Assembly: GCA_964572255.1 (NCBI GenBank)
Contig: CAZNEE010000001.1
Coordinates: 139,520-203,519 of the forward strand
DNA: 64,000 bases
Direction: 5' to 3'
Origin: an uncultured Planctomycetia bacterium
GTDB taxonomy: Bacteria > Omnitrophota > Gorgyraeia > Tantalellales > Tantalellaceae
In this document: piece after piece, positions 1 through 9,195 of the stretch
How the letters are laid out: every line of letters starts with the position of its first letter
How positions within the stretch are numbered: position 1 is the stretch's first letter
The notes under the pieces: generated by a model
Told to the model about the DNA's origin: nothing
The model's database searches: none
Seen by the model: the letters and a program-made list of their open reading frames with translations, nothing else
Program-made: the position numbers and the translations under genes

Positions 1-1647
1 GAGTATCTTAACCGCGTGCAGGAGGATATACTCGATGATATCGATTCTTTCAAGGAGGAGGAAGAGGCTCCGGCTCAGATCCTGGGATTGGGGGCTAAAA
101 CGCCTAAAAAGGACGTTTTCCTTAAATACAAAGTGAATCTTTTGGTGGATCACAAGTATTCCAAAGGCGCGCCTGTTATAAAAGAGGCTAATCCGAGTTA
201 TTATAATCTGCTCGGCAGGATAGAATATATTTCGCATTTCGGTTCCATGACAACCGATTTTACGATGATCGCTGCCGGCGCTCTTCATAAAGCGAACGGC
301 GGGTATCTTGTCCTGCAGGCCATGGACGTATTGAAGAATTTCATGGCCTGGGACGCGCTGAAGAGGGTGATACGCAACCATGAGATAAAAGTTGAGGATA
401 TAAACGAACAATTCCGTCTGATATCAACTACCAGTTTAAAACCCAAACCGATCCCCTGCGATATAAAAATAATCATGGTGGGGCCGCCCTGGCTTTACCA
501 GCTCCTCTATAGATATGATGAAGATTTTCGCAAGATGTTCAAGATAAAAGCTGATTTTGATGTTGAAATGAACAGAGACACTGAAAAACTCAAAAAATAC
601 GCTGCTTTTATAAAGGTGAGATGCAATGAGGAAGGACTAAGACATTTTGACAGAGAGGCTGTCGCCAGGGTTGTTGAATACGGTTCAAGGCTTGCGGAAG
701 ATAAGGAAAAACTCAGCGCACTTTTTATGTATATCGCCAATATACTGCGTGAAGCCAACTACTGGGCGGGAAAGGATCAAAAAGAATATGTAGGGAAAGA
801 TCATATTGAAAAAGCGATAGAAGAAAAGATATATCGTTCAAATTTGATCGAGGACAAAATACTGGAGCTCATTGAGAAAAACGTCATCATGATAGATACT
901 GAAGGGAGTGTCACCGGACAGGTAAATGGCCTTTCGGTGTTGGATATAGGTGAATATATGTTCGGCAAACCTTCGCGTATCACAGCCAGGACTTATATAG
1001 GCAAAGCAGGCGTAGTTGATATTGAACGGCAGGTCAAAATGGGCGGCAACATACATTCCAAAGGTGTTTTGATCCTTAACGGATATATAGGAGAAAAATT
1101 TGCGCAGGAGACGCCGCTTGCATTGAATGCAAGTATATGTTTCGAGCAATCTTATCAGGGAGTGGAAGGGGATTCGGCATCCAGCACCGAGATGTATTGC
1201 CTCCTGTCATCGCTTGCGGAAGTTCCTATTAAACAATCTATAGCGGTGACCGGTTCTATGAACCAGCACGGGATGGTGCAGCCTGTAGGCGGCATAAATG
1301 AGAAGATCGAAGGATTTTACCAGGTATGTAAGCTTAAAGGGCTTACGGGGGATCAGGGAGTGATCATGCCGTATCTAAATGTAAAACATCTTATGCTGAA
1401 AGATGAAGTTATAGATGCGGTTAAAAAAGGCAAGTTTCACATATGGGCAGTTTCCACGGTGGATGAGGGGATAGAGATACTTACCGGCAAAAAAGCCGGG
1501 AAGAAAAGCCCAAAAGGCAAATATCCTAAAGGGACAATAAACTATCTTGTCGCGGAAAAATTAAAGGAATATTCCGAGAGATTCAGTTCTCAGAAAAAAG
1601 GAAGATCCGGTAAAAAAAAGAAAACCTCCGGGAGAAAAAAGAAGTAG
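1..1647 (+). CDS. Lon-like (peptidase S16 family) ATP-dependent protease, C-terminal ~540 aa; the 5' end lies outside the window
   Basis: The frame is open from base 1. The Lon proteolytic domain shows the catalytic Ser context (TGSMNQHGMVQPVGGINEKIEGF) and a C-terminal Lys-rich tail (KKGRSGKKKKTSGRKKK). No Walker A motif is visible, so the AAA+ part must lie upstream. Confidence 0.7.
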   Translation, partial: EYLNRVQEDILDDIDSFKEEEEAPAQILGLGAKTPKKDVFLKYKVNLLVDHKYSKGAPVIKEANPSYYNLLGRIEYISHFGSMTTDFTMIAAGALHKANGGYLVLQAMDVLKNFMAWDALKRVIRNHEIKVEDINEQFRLISTTSLKPKPIPCDIKIIMVGPPWLYQLLYRYDEDFRKMFKIKADFDVEMNRDTEKLKKYAAFIKVRCNEEGLRHFDREAVARVVEYGSRLAEDKEKLSALFMYIANILREANYWAGKDQKEYVGKDHIEKAIEEKIYRSNLIEDKILELIEKNVIMIDTEGSVTGQVNGLSVLDIGEYMFGKPSRITARTYIGKAGVVDIERQVKMGGNIHSKGVLILNGYIGEKFAQETPLALNASICFEQSYQGVEGDSASSTEMYCLLSSLAEVPIKQSIAVTGSMNQHGMVQPVGGINEKIEGFYQVCKLKGLTGDQGVIMPYLNVKHLMLKDEVIDAVKKGKFHIWAVSTVDEGIEILTGKKAGKKSPKGKYPKGTINYLVAEKLKEYSERFSSQKKGRSGKKKKTSGRKKK

Positions 1648-3285
1648 ATGAACGTTCTTCTTGTTATTGGCTTAATTATGCTGCTCGGGGTGGTGAGCGG
1701 TAAGGTCTTTCAAAAACTTAATCTGCCCCAGGTAATGGGATATATTATAGTAGGCATACTTCTTGGTGAATCCTTTCAGGGAGTGATCAGCTGGGAGTTC
1801 CTTCAATCATTTAGCCCGTTCATCGATCTTGCGCTTGGAGTTATCGGTTTTCTGATAGGGGCGGAACTCAATTTCGACCGCTTCAAAAAATACGGTAAAT
1901 CAATATATACCATTCTTCTGGCCGAGTCTTTGATCACTTTTTTCCTTGTTGCGTTGGTTGCAACATTACTTACCGGTAAAGTATATATGGGGCTCATACT
2001 CGGGGCTTTGGCTTCCGCTACGGCACCGGCCGCTACATATAATGTCATCGGAGAATATAAAGCCCGCGGTCCGCTAACGATGACAACCCTTTCGATCGTT
2101 GCTTTGGATGACGGTGTTGCGCTTATCATTTACGGTTTTGCAAGCGCTTTCGCCAGGACCTTTATTGCGCATGAGAGCTTTTCGGTAATAACAACTATAG
2201 GATATCCTTTATTGGAGATCGCTTTCTCAGCTTTTATCGGCGCTGTTTCAGGTTTTGTGCTTCATAAGATCATACTGCGCGTAAGAGACAGAGAAAGAAT
2301 ACTTCCCATTACGTTCGGAACGATAATTTTTGTGGTCGGGCTTGCAAGGTTTTTTGACGTGGATGCGATCTTCGCGGCTATGATCCTTGGCGCCGTGGTT
2401 TCTACGCTTCAGACATCCGAACATCAGGAAATGTTCGATCTCATTAAACGGTTTAGTGCCCCGATATATGTGCTTTTCTTTGTTCTTGTAGGCGCCAGGC
2501 TTGATGCGAGGATATTTGCGAAAATAGGGGTTATTTCTCTTGCCGTGGCTTATATCATAGCCCGAAGTGTCGGAAAGCTTTCCGGTGCTTATATAGGAGG
2601 CAAAATATCGAAGGCTAAAGAAACCGTGACTAAATATCTTGGATTTTGCCTTTTCGATCAGGCCGGGGTTGCGGTCGGTCTTGCCATAGCTTCTTACAAT
2701 GTATTGAGCAAGATGGGCCCTGAAGCGCAAATGGCGGGCCTGCTCATAATTAACATTATAACCGCGACGACCTTTCTTCTGCAGATCATAGCGCCTCCGA
2801 TGATCAAATACGGAGTCAAGAAAGCCGATGAGATGTATCGTAATGTCACCGAAGAAGACATTATTCAAGAGTATAAGGTAAGAGATGTAATGGAAGAGGA
2901 TTTCTTCTTAATAAGAGAAAATAATAATCTTCATCAAATAATCGATATCATGAAAAAAAGCGACGGGTATATTTTTCCTGTTATAGGGATGGATGAAAAA
3001 TTCATCGGAGTGGTTTCGCTTGGAGAGATAAGAGATACATTTTACGAGGAACAAATGGATCAATTGATCCTGGCTGAAGACATTTACAGGGAAGTTGATA
3101 TTGTTGTTTATGCCGATCAGGAGCTTAAGGATGCAATGGATATATTCAAGGCTAAAAATATAGACTATCTTCCCGTATTGGAGAATAACCGGACAAAAAG
3201 GCTTGTGGGGCAGCTGGAATATAAAAAGATCAAGGAATTTATCAGCAGGGAAGTCATCCTCAGGCAGCAGGAACTCGAAACTTAA
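1648..3285 (+). CDS. Monovalent cation:proton antiporter (CPA/Kef-NhaP type) with C-terminal CBS-domain pair
   Basis: The N-terminal 400 aa are polytopic (MNVLLVIGLIMLLG..., GxxGxxxG-rich helices). The C-terminal soluble region resembles a CBS pair. Its ATG immediately follows the upstream stop (TAGATG), so the two genes are coupled. Confidence 0.8.
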   Translation: MNVLLVIGLIMLLGVVSGKVFQKLNLPQVMGYIIVGILLGESFQGVISWEFLQSFSPFIDLALGVIGFLIGAELNFDRFKKYGKSIYTILLAESLITFFLVALVATLLTGKVYMGLILGALASATAPAATYNVIGEYKARGPLTMTTLSIVALDDGVALIIYGFASAFARTFIAHESFSVITTIGYPLLEIAFSAFIGAVSGFVLHKIILRVRDRERILPITFGTIIFVVGLARFFDVDAIFAAMILGAVVSTLQTSEHQEMFDLIKRFSAPIYVLFFVLVGARLDARIFAKIGVISLAVAYIIARSVGKLSGAYIGGKISKAKETVTKYLGFCLFDQAGVAVGLAIASYNVLSKMGPEAQMAGLLIINIITATTFLLQIIAPPMIKYGVKKADEMYRNVTEEDIIQEYKVRDVMEEDFFLIRENNNLHQIIDIMKKSDGYIFPVIGMDEKFIGVVSLGEIRDTFYEEQMDQLILAEDIYREVDIVVYADQELKDAMDIFKAKNIDYLPVLENNRTKRLVGQLEYKKIKEFISREVILRQQELET

Positions 3286-3336
3286 AAAAATTTATTATTT
3301 TTTACATATCATATCGATGGATATAAATACATAAAT

Positions 3337-3358
3337 ATGTTAACATGTGTAACATGTG
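3337..3358. promoter_or_regulatory. Candidate operator: 10-bp palindrome ATGTTAACAT overlapping a tandem TAACATGTG x2 repeat, upstream of the dnaJ-like/arsR/yacP genes
   Basis: Read directly from the sequence at 3337-3358 (atgttaacatgtgtaacatgtg), 20 nt before the RBS AGGAGGAG of the 3377 gene. Confidence 0.3.
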
Positions 3359-3376
3359 CAATAGGAGGAGAGGTCT

Positions 3377-4030
3377 ATGGCTAAACAAGATTATTATCAG
3401 GTCCTGGGAGTAAAGGAAGATGCCGGCCAGGCCGAAATAAAAAAAGCATACAGAAAACTTGCCCTTAAATATCATCCGGATAAAAACCCGGGGGACAAGA
3501 AGGCCGAAGAAAACTTTAAGCAGGTCTCGGAGGCTTATTATACCCTTGGCGACGAAAAAAGACGTAAAGAGTATGATAACCTGCGAAAAATGGGAGCTTA
3601 TACCGGGGACTTTTCTTCCGATCAGGGATTCGATTTTTCGGAATTTTTAAGGCAATTTTCAGCCGGAGGAGGGGGCAGAGGCGCTTCTACAGGTTCTATT
3701 TTTGACGGCATTTTCGGCGATATTTTCGGGGGGGATCAGCGCGGGGGTAAATACACGTTTTATTACTCCGATGGCGGCGGCATGCGTGAAGGAACTGGAC
3801 AGGGGGTCCAGCAGCTGGATACGGACATGCGAGCATCTCTTCCTATACCCAAAAGACTTGCCCAGAGCGGCGGAGAAGCGAATTTTAAATTATCCGACGG
3901 CAGAAGCATAACTCTTAAAATACCTAAAGGAACAAAAGACGGCCAAAAAATGAGATTAAGAGCCCAGGGCCAGGATTGCCCTTATTGCGGACACAAAGGG
4001 GATCTTATCGTAACGATAAAAATAAAATAA
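3377..4030 (+). CDS. J-domain protein (DnaJ-like; Gly/Phe-rich linker, no CxxCxGxG zinc-finger repeats)
   Basis: The J-domain is present with its HPD motif ([21 protein letters not shown]). It has a G/F-rich region and a strong RBS (aggaggagaggtctATG). Confidence 0.8.
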   Translation: MAKQDYYQVLGVKEDAGQAEIKKAYRKLALKYHPDKNPGDKKAEENFKQVSEAYYTLGDEKRRKEYDNLRKMGAYTGDFSSDQGFDFSEFLRQFSAGGGGRGASTGSIFDGIFGDIFGGDQRGGKYTFYYSDGGGMREGTGQGVQQLDTDMRASLPIPKRLAQSGGEANFKLSDGRSITLKIPKGTKDGQKMRLRAQGQDCPYCGHKGDLIVTIKIK

Positions 4031-4052
4031 ATTATTTTTAAAGGAGAGGGAA

Positions 4053-4331
4053 ATGACCCGATATGATCTTGTAAGAACATTTAAAGCCCTTGCGGATGAG
4101 ACGAGGCAGGATATTCTGGAGCTATTGGGGGGAAAGGAGATGAATGTCACGGATATATGCGCGGAGGTGAGAATATCACAGCCGACAGTTTCTCATCATC
4201 TCCAGATACTGAAAAATTGCAAACTGGTCGATTCGAGAAAGCAAGGCAAGAACATATTTTATTTCGTGAAAAAGGATATTGTAAATGACGTTTTTGATAA
4301 TGTGCTGCAAAAAATGCATAAAAAAGGATAG
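4053..4331 (+). CDS. ArsR/SmtB-family HTH transcriptional regulator
   Basis: Winged-helix signature ICAEVRISQPTVSHHLQILKNCKLV; the protein is 92 aa. Confidence 0.85.
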   Translation: MTRYDLVRTFKALADETRQDILELLGGKEMNVTDICAEVRISQPTVSHHLQILKNCKLVDSRKQGKNIFYFVKKDIVNDVFDNVLQKMHKKG

Positions 4332-4336
4332 AAGAA

Positions 4337-4819
4337 ATGACAGTATTGGTTGTAGACGGATATAATGCGATAAATGCCGTACCCGAGACGAGACAGTTGG
4401 CGGGGGAAGATCTTCATGAGGCGCGAAAAGAGATCATTAGGATCTCAAAAGAATATGCAAGGTCAAGCGGTTACATTACAGATGTCCGTGTTGTTTTTGA
4501 CGGGGATGATAGGTATAGGTACTTGGACGCCCTTGAAGTCCCGCGCGGAAAAACAATGATTTTTTCAGGAACAGGGGAGGGTGATGACAAGATCATTGAG
4601 GTAGTGAAGAAATGTTCTCGGAAAGCGAGGGTCATAATCGCTTCAAATGATAACTATGTGAGGAATATGGCCAGGGGCTACAAAGCTACACCGTTAAATG
4701 TGCAAGAGCTATCCTTTATGAAGAAAAAAAATAAAAAAAATAAAGCGCACAAAAGGATAACACAGGATATAAAGAATAAAATAAACGAAGAATACAGGAA
4801 AGAGCTGGGGATCAAGTGA
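4337..4819 (+). CDS. NYN-domain protein, YacP/Rae1-like
   Basis: N-terminal LVVDGYN motif and the overall size typical of YacP-like NYN RNase domains. The Lys-rich C-terminus is unusual for this family. Confidence 0.55.
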   Translation: MTVLVVDGYNAINAVPETRQLAGEDLHEARKEIIRISKEYARSSGYITDVRVVFDGDDRYRYLDALEVPRGKTMIFSGTGEGDDKIIEVVKKCSRKARVIIASNDNYVRNMARGYKATPLNVQELSFMKKKNKKNKAHKRITQDIKNKINEEYRKELGIK

Positions 4820-5823
4820 AGGATGTAGCTGCAAATATCAGTGATCCCATAAGGGGGATGGTTGATGCGCGAGCCGTGATGGCGCCTATGTCGGGTGTCA
4901 CAGATGTACCTTTTCGTCTTATTATGCGCAAGTTCGGCTGCCGGTTCGCGTTTACCGAGATGATAGACGTGAACGGTATTGTATACAACAACCGCAAAAC
5001 GCTCAGCATGCTTGAACGCCCCGAAAAAGACAGCCCGCTTGGTGTGCAGATCGTCGGGGAGAATAAAGAAAAGATCATCCATGCCGCAAAAGTGTGTGAA
5101 GGAAAAGGTTTTGATCTCATTGATCTCAATGTCGGATGTCCCGCTCCGAAAGTTATAAAAGGCGGTAAAGGTGTGGCGCTTCTTAAGGATTTGAGGAAAC
5201 TTGCGGGCATCGTCCGTAAACTCGTGAAGTCTGTCAAACTGCCCGTTACGGTTAAAATAAGAAGCGGATGGGATAGGAAAAACTTAAATTATCTCGAAGC
5301 GGCAAAGATAATCGAAACGGAAGGCGCGAGCGCGATTTGCATTCATCCCCGTTCGCGCGAACAGCAATATAAAGGTAAGCCGGATCACGATATGATACGT
5401 GAAATTGTCGAGGCCGTGGATATTCCGGTATTTGCGAGCGGGAACATGTTCAAACCGCAAGACATTGAAGAGGTGATCAGCCTTACCGGTTGTGACGGCG
5501 TATTTATTGCAAGAGGAGTATTGGGAAAACCATGGATATTCAGGCAGATAGAGGAATATTCTTCCGGAGAAGAATATTCCTGGGATCCGTCGTTTGATGA
5601 ACTGAAGAGGATTATCATGGAACACGTGTCCTTATCGCTTAAATACTACGAAGAAAGATTAGCTTTTTCCAGGATGTATAAACATATTTGTTGGTACCTG
5701 AAAAAATACAAGAACTTGAATGAGATAATGAAAGAGTATGTCCGCGCAAGGGAATGGGGCAGCTTTCTTATCTTTATGGATAAATTAAGATTGGAAGGAA
5801 ATAGATTGGTATCGGAGGATTGA
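4816..5823 (+). CDS. tRNA-dihydrouridine synthase (Dus family)
   Basis: MAPMSGVTDVPFR, the DLNVGCPAPKV catalytic Cys motif, and a TIM-barrel FMN-binding pattern. The GTG start overlaps the upstream stop; an alternative ATG lies at 4858. Confidence 0.8.
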   Translation: MKDVAANISDPIRGMVDARAVMAPMSGVTDVPFRLIMRKFGCRFAFTEMIDVNGIVYNNRKTLSMLERPEKDSPLGVQIVGENKEKIIHAAKVCEGKGFDLIDLNVGCPAPKVIKGGKGVALLKDLRKLAGIVRKLVKSVKLPVTVKIRSGWDRKNLNYLEAAKIIETEGASAICIHPRSREQQYKGKPDHDMIREIVEAVDIPVFASGNMFKPQDIEEVISLTGCDGVFIARGVLGKPWIFRQIEEYSSGEEYSWDPSFDELKRIIMEHVSLSLKYYEERLAFSRMYKHICWYLKKYKNLNEIMKEYVRAREWGSFLIFMDKLRLEGNRLVSED

Positions 5824-5824
5824 A

Positions 5825-6406
5825 ATGAAAAAGATCATTCTGGCTTCCGTTTCCGAAAGACGATCGCAAATCCTCACTTCATGCGGGGTTAAGCATGTTG
5901 TTATCGGCAGTAATATTGAAGAGCTGAAAAGCGGGTCTGTTTCAGAGGTCGTCCGGGTAAATGCCGAGAAAAAAGCGGAAAAAGCAGTTCAGGATTCCGG
6001 TGAAGCCGTTATTATCGGAGCTGATACTCTTGTCGCGCATGGCGAGGATATTATCGGAAAACCCCAGGACGAAAATGCCGCAAAAGATCTCTTGAAAAGG
6101 TTTTCGGGCAGCGATATCGAGGTGTATACAGGGCTTTGTGTAATAGACACGTCAAGCGGGAAGAAAGCATCGGGAGTTGATATGAGCGAGATAACAGTTG
6201 TTAGCATGACAGAGGAAAAAATCGAAAATTATTTCAAGTTGTTAGCCCCGTATGACAAGGCAGGGGGATTTTCTATAGAAGGCGTGGGCTCGCTTTTATT
6301 CGATAACATTAAGGGATCCTATTTCAACATATTAGGACTTCCCATGATCAAGCTTAACGAACTATTTAAAGAAATTGGATTAAATTTGTTAGAATTTTTA
6401 GCATAA
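5825..6406 (+). CDS. maf: Maf-like nucleoside triphosphate pyrophosphatase (septum formation protein Maf)
   Basis: ILASVSERRSQIL...IGADTLV...GLPMIKL signature; 193 aa. Confidence 0.85.
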   Translation: MKKIILASVSERRSQILTSCGVKHVVIGSNIEELKSGSVSEVVRVNAEKKAEKAVQDSGEAVIIGADTLVAHGEDIIGKPQDENAAKDLLKRFSGSDIEVYTGLCVIDTSSGKKASGVDMSEITVVSMTEEKIENYFKLLAPYDKAGGFSIEGVGSLLFDNIKGSYFNILGLPMIKLNELFKEIGLNLLEFLA

Positions 6407-6420
6407 AAAATCAATAAAAA

Positions 6421-7491
6421 ATGAAAAAACATTATACAATTCCATTTTTTATTCTGCATAAGGGATGCCCGTTCAAGTGCATATTCTGTGATCAGAATAG
6501 TATCACCGGGCAGGATATGATCAAGCCCGAGGATGTGGAAAAGGGTATTGAAGAATATCTTTCAACGATCCCGCCATCAGCGGAAAGGATCGAAGTCGGC
6601 TTTTTCGGCGGGACGTTTACCGGGCTGGATCCGGAACTTCAGAAAGAATTTCTCCGGCCCGTGCAAAAGTATATCCGGAAAGGCATTATCAAAGGCATCA
6701 GATTATCCACGCGTCCTGACTACATAAATAAAGAAACACTTAAGATGCTTAAAGAATATAGTGTGACTTGCATAGAACTTGGAGTGCAGTCCGCCTCAGA
6801 TAAAGTGCTTTTAGCCGCTAAAAGAGGGCATACAGCCGAAGATACGGAACGTGCTTCAGGAATGATACTGAATGAAGGTTTTATTTTGGCCCACCAGATA
6901 ATGCTGGGATTACCCGGAAGCAACAGGGAAGAAGAGTTCCACGCGGCAAAACGGTGCAAAGAATTGGGAGCGAAAGAAGTACGCATCTATCCGGTAATCG
7001 TCATCAAAGACACTGAACTTGCCGATCTTTGGCGGGAAGAAAAATATGAACCGCTTGATGAAGAAGAAGCTCTTTATCGCACTGCTATTATCATGCTCTA
7101 TTTGCAGGCTAATGATATTAAGGTCATACGGTGCGGATTGCACCCTTCTGAAGGGCTCATCGGAGGCAGCGGTTTTCTTGCCGGTCCGTTCCATCCCGCG
7201 TTCAGGCAAAAAGCCGAAAGCTTGATCTATTCGTTCGTGTTAGAGGCATTATTAAGAGAGCAAAGTTTGATAGATCGCATATCTTTTAACCCTGATGATG
7301 AAGGAGCGTTCTTCGGGTTTAAAGGTAAGAACTCCGGATTGATAAAAAGCCTTTTTCGTCCAAGAGAGGTTATTTTAAACAGGGATGTAAATATTCCCAA
7401 AGGAAGTTTGTACGTCTGGAGGAATGGGAAGATAGAAATGTTGGACAGAAAAAGCATAGCTAAGCGATGTAAAATGATTTGCGACTTTTAA
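6421..7491 (+). CDS. Radical SAM domain protein (ELP3-like / coproporphyrinogen-oxidase-like fold)
   Basis: CPFKCIFC (CxxxCxxC) near the N-terminus; 356 aa. Confidence 0.65.
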   Translation: MKKHYTIPFFILHKGCPFKCIFCDQNSITGQDMIKPEDVEKGIEEYLSTIPPSAERIEVGFFGGTFTGLDPELQKEFLRPVQKYIRKGIIKGIRLSTRPDYINKETLKMLKEYSVTCIELGVQSASDKVLLAAKRGHTAEDTERASGMILNEGFILAHQIMLGLPGSNREEEFHAAKRCKELGAKEVRIYPVIVIKDTELADLWREEKYEPLDEEEALYRTAIIMLYLQANDIKVIRCGLHPSEGLIGGSGFLAGPFHPAFRQKAESLIYSFVLEALLREQSLIDRISFNPDDEGAFFGFKGKNSGLIKSLFRPREVILNRDVNIPKGSLYVWRNGKIEMLDRKSIAKRCKMICDF

Positions 7492-7492
7492 T

Positions 7493-8200
7493 ATGATCAT
7501 TATTCACGATAAAAGATTGCCGGAAAAATATAAGGACGCGTTAAGCTCTAAAATACCAGCTATAGAATGGCTGCCTGTTCAGAGATCTTCCGGTGTTTAC
7601 GAGTCCATATCATGTCATGCTGACATATATTTCTTTTACCTGGACAAAAAGACATTAATTCATGCGCCCGGGTTGGAAGAGCAAATATTGGATCCCCTCA
7701 AAAATGTCGGCATTGATCTTATCGCAGGGGAGAAAGATCCGCACTCCGTATATCCCGATACGGCATTGTACAACGCCGTGCGTATAGGGGATGTTATGTT
7801 CCACAACTTAAAATATACTGACCCCTCAATAATCGATATCGCCGGGAAAAAAGGAATAAAGATGGTTCATATAAATCAGGGATATGCGCGCTGCTCTACT
7901 CTTGTTGTAAATGACCGCGCGATCATCACTTCGGATAGAGGCATAGCCGAAACTGCCCGCTTCGAGAATATTGATGTTCTTTTGATAGAGCCGGATTCGG
8001 TTCTTCTCCCGGGAGAAAAAGACGGTTTTATCGGCGGGGCGAGCGGGATATGCCCTGATGGCACGGTTTTACTGCTTGGTGATATTGATCTGCATCATGA
8101 GGCAGACAGAATTAAAGATTTTTTCGATAAGCATAAAGTGGATTATATGGATACTAAAGGTATGCCTCTATATGATGCAGGAGGCCTTTTTATTTTGTAA
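7493..8200 (+). CDS. Conserved hypothetical protein (possibly an amidinotransferase/DDAH-like fold; unverified)
   Basis: 235-aa ORF with a good coding signature. A Cys/His/Asp pattern (SCHAD.., GGASGIC) is only suggestive. Confidence 0.5.
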   Translation: MIIIHDKRLPEKYKDALSSKIPAIEWLPVQRSSGVYESISCHADIYFFYLDKKTLIHAPGLEEQILDPLKNVGIDLIAGEKDPHSVYPDTALYNAVRIGDVMFHNLKYTDPSIIDIAGKKGIKMVHINQGYARCSTLVVNDRAIITSDRGIAETARFENIDVLLIEPDSVLLPGEKDGFIGGASGICPDGTVLLLGDIDLHHEADRIKDFFDKHKVDYMDTKGMPLYDAGGLFIL

Positions 8201-8262
8201 CAACGGTTGCATATAGGCTTCTTTATAAGTATAATTTTATAAATAATAAATAGGGGGAGGGT

Positions 8263-8427
8263 ATGTTGACCAGAATAAAGATCATTATCGCTTCACTCAT
8301 CCTTAGCGTATTTATTTTAAATAATATAGGCTGCGCGGCAGCCTGGTTTCTCGCCGGCGCGGGGACCGCAGCTACAGTAATAGTAGCGTCAGACGAGATC
8401 GACAAGGATGAGGCAAAGAAAAAATAA
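8263..8427 (+). CDS. Small hydrophobic protein (54 aa), signal-peptide/lipoprotein-like
   Basis: MLTRIKIIIASLILSVFILNNIGCAAAW..., with an RBS GGGGGAGGG 5 nt upstream. Absent from the ORF track because it is under 60 aa. Confidence 0.35.
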   Translation: MLTRIKIIIASLILSVFILNNIGCAAAWFLAGAGTAATVIVASDEIDKDEAKKK

Positions 8428-8448
8428 TTTTTTAAAAGGAGAAGAAAA

Positions 8449-8589
8449 ATGACATTAAACCATCTTATTTACATTCTCTCTATTGTGTTCGGGGTATTAA
8501 TTCTCGCTGCGCCGAAAATAGCCAATTATCTGATAGGCGCGTATCTGATCGCGTTCGGGGTTATCAAGCTTATATATGTTTTGAGTTAA
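8449..8589 (+). CDS. Small two-helix membrane protein (46 aa, DUF3096-like)
   Basis: MTLNHLIYILSIVFGVLILAAPKIANYLIGAYLIAFGVIKLIYVLS, with an RBS AAAGGAGAAG upstream. Confidence 0.4.
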   Translation: MTLNHLIYILSIVFGVLILAAPKIANYLIGAYLIAFGVIKLIYVLS

Positions 8590-8608
8590 CAGTTCAGGAG
8601 GCATTGTT

Positions 8609-8989
8609 GTGGAAGATGATATAAGGCAGAAAGAAAAAGAACTGGAAGATGAGATCCGCAGTTTTGAAAAGGAAAGAGAGAGGATCCGGAACATTATAGG
8701 GCGCATAGGCGGTAAACCTTCGACCAAAGCGCGCGCGATAAATACCACTTTTGTTATTTTAGTGCTTCTGGTATTCGGACTTTCGATTGTCTACGGCGGT
8801 AAAGTAAGATTTTTCATGATAGAACTGGGTATTCTTCTGGTTTCTCTTAAACTGGTTTATTTTTTGGAAGCACATATGAAGCTCAACCACTTTCAATTCT
8901 GGGTTCTTTCTTCATTGGAATGGAGATTGGATAAAATAGAACGAAAATTAAGGGACGTGAGCAAGAAGCTTTTTAGTGAGGGGGGATGA
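8609..8989 (+). CDS. Hypothetical protein: N-terminal coiled-coil followed by 2 TM helices
   Basis: GTG start with a strong RBS (caggaggcattgttGTG); charged heptad-like N-terminus followed by hydrophobic helices. Confidence 0.45.
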   Translation: MEDDIRQKEKELEDEIRSFEKERERIRNIIGRIGGKPSTKARAINTTFVILVLLVFGLSIVYGGKVRFFMIELGILLVSLKLVYFLEAHMKLNHFQFWVLSSLEWRLDKIERKLRDVSKKLFSEGG

Positions 8990-9183
8990 TGATGAAAAAA
9001 ATGAATCTTGCGGTAGGTGCGCTTGTTTTAGTGGGATTTTTAATGCTTCAAGTCGGCATTATATTCAGGATGTCGGGGTTTAATATATTAGAACCGATGT
9101 TTGAGATACCGCAGAATTTCTTTATAGCTTCAAATACCTGTTTTCTTATCGCGCTTGTAGTCGATCGTTTCGGCGGTGAATGA
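8986..9183 (+). CDS. Small membrane protein (65 aa)
   Basis: Start overlaps the upstream stop (GATGA); two hydrophobic helices. Confidence 0.4.
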   Translation: MMMKKMNLAVGALVLVGFLMLQVGIIFRMSGFNILEPMFEIPQNFFIASNTCFLIALVVDRFGGE

Positions 9184-9195
9184 TAATTTTCTAAA

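Noticed and set aside
1-1647. Lon-like protease as BrxL of a BREX system
   Set aside because: No BREX genes (brxA/B/C, pglX, pglZ) lie downstream. The next genes are an antiporter and housekeeping functions, and the upstream region is outside the window.
3459-3911. Alternative-frame ORFs (63 and 69 aa) inside the dnaJ-like gene
   Set aside because: They are overlapped by a J-domain ORF with clear motifs, and their basic, Arg-rich composition is typical of out-of-frame artefacts.
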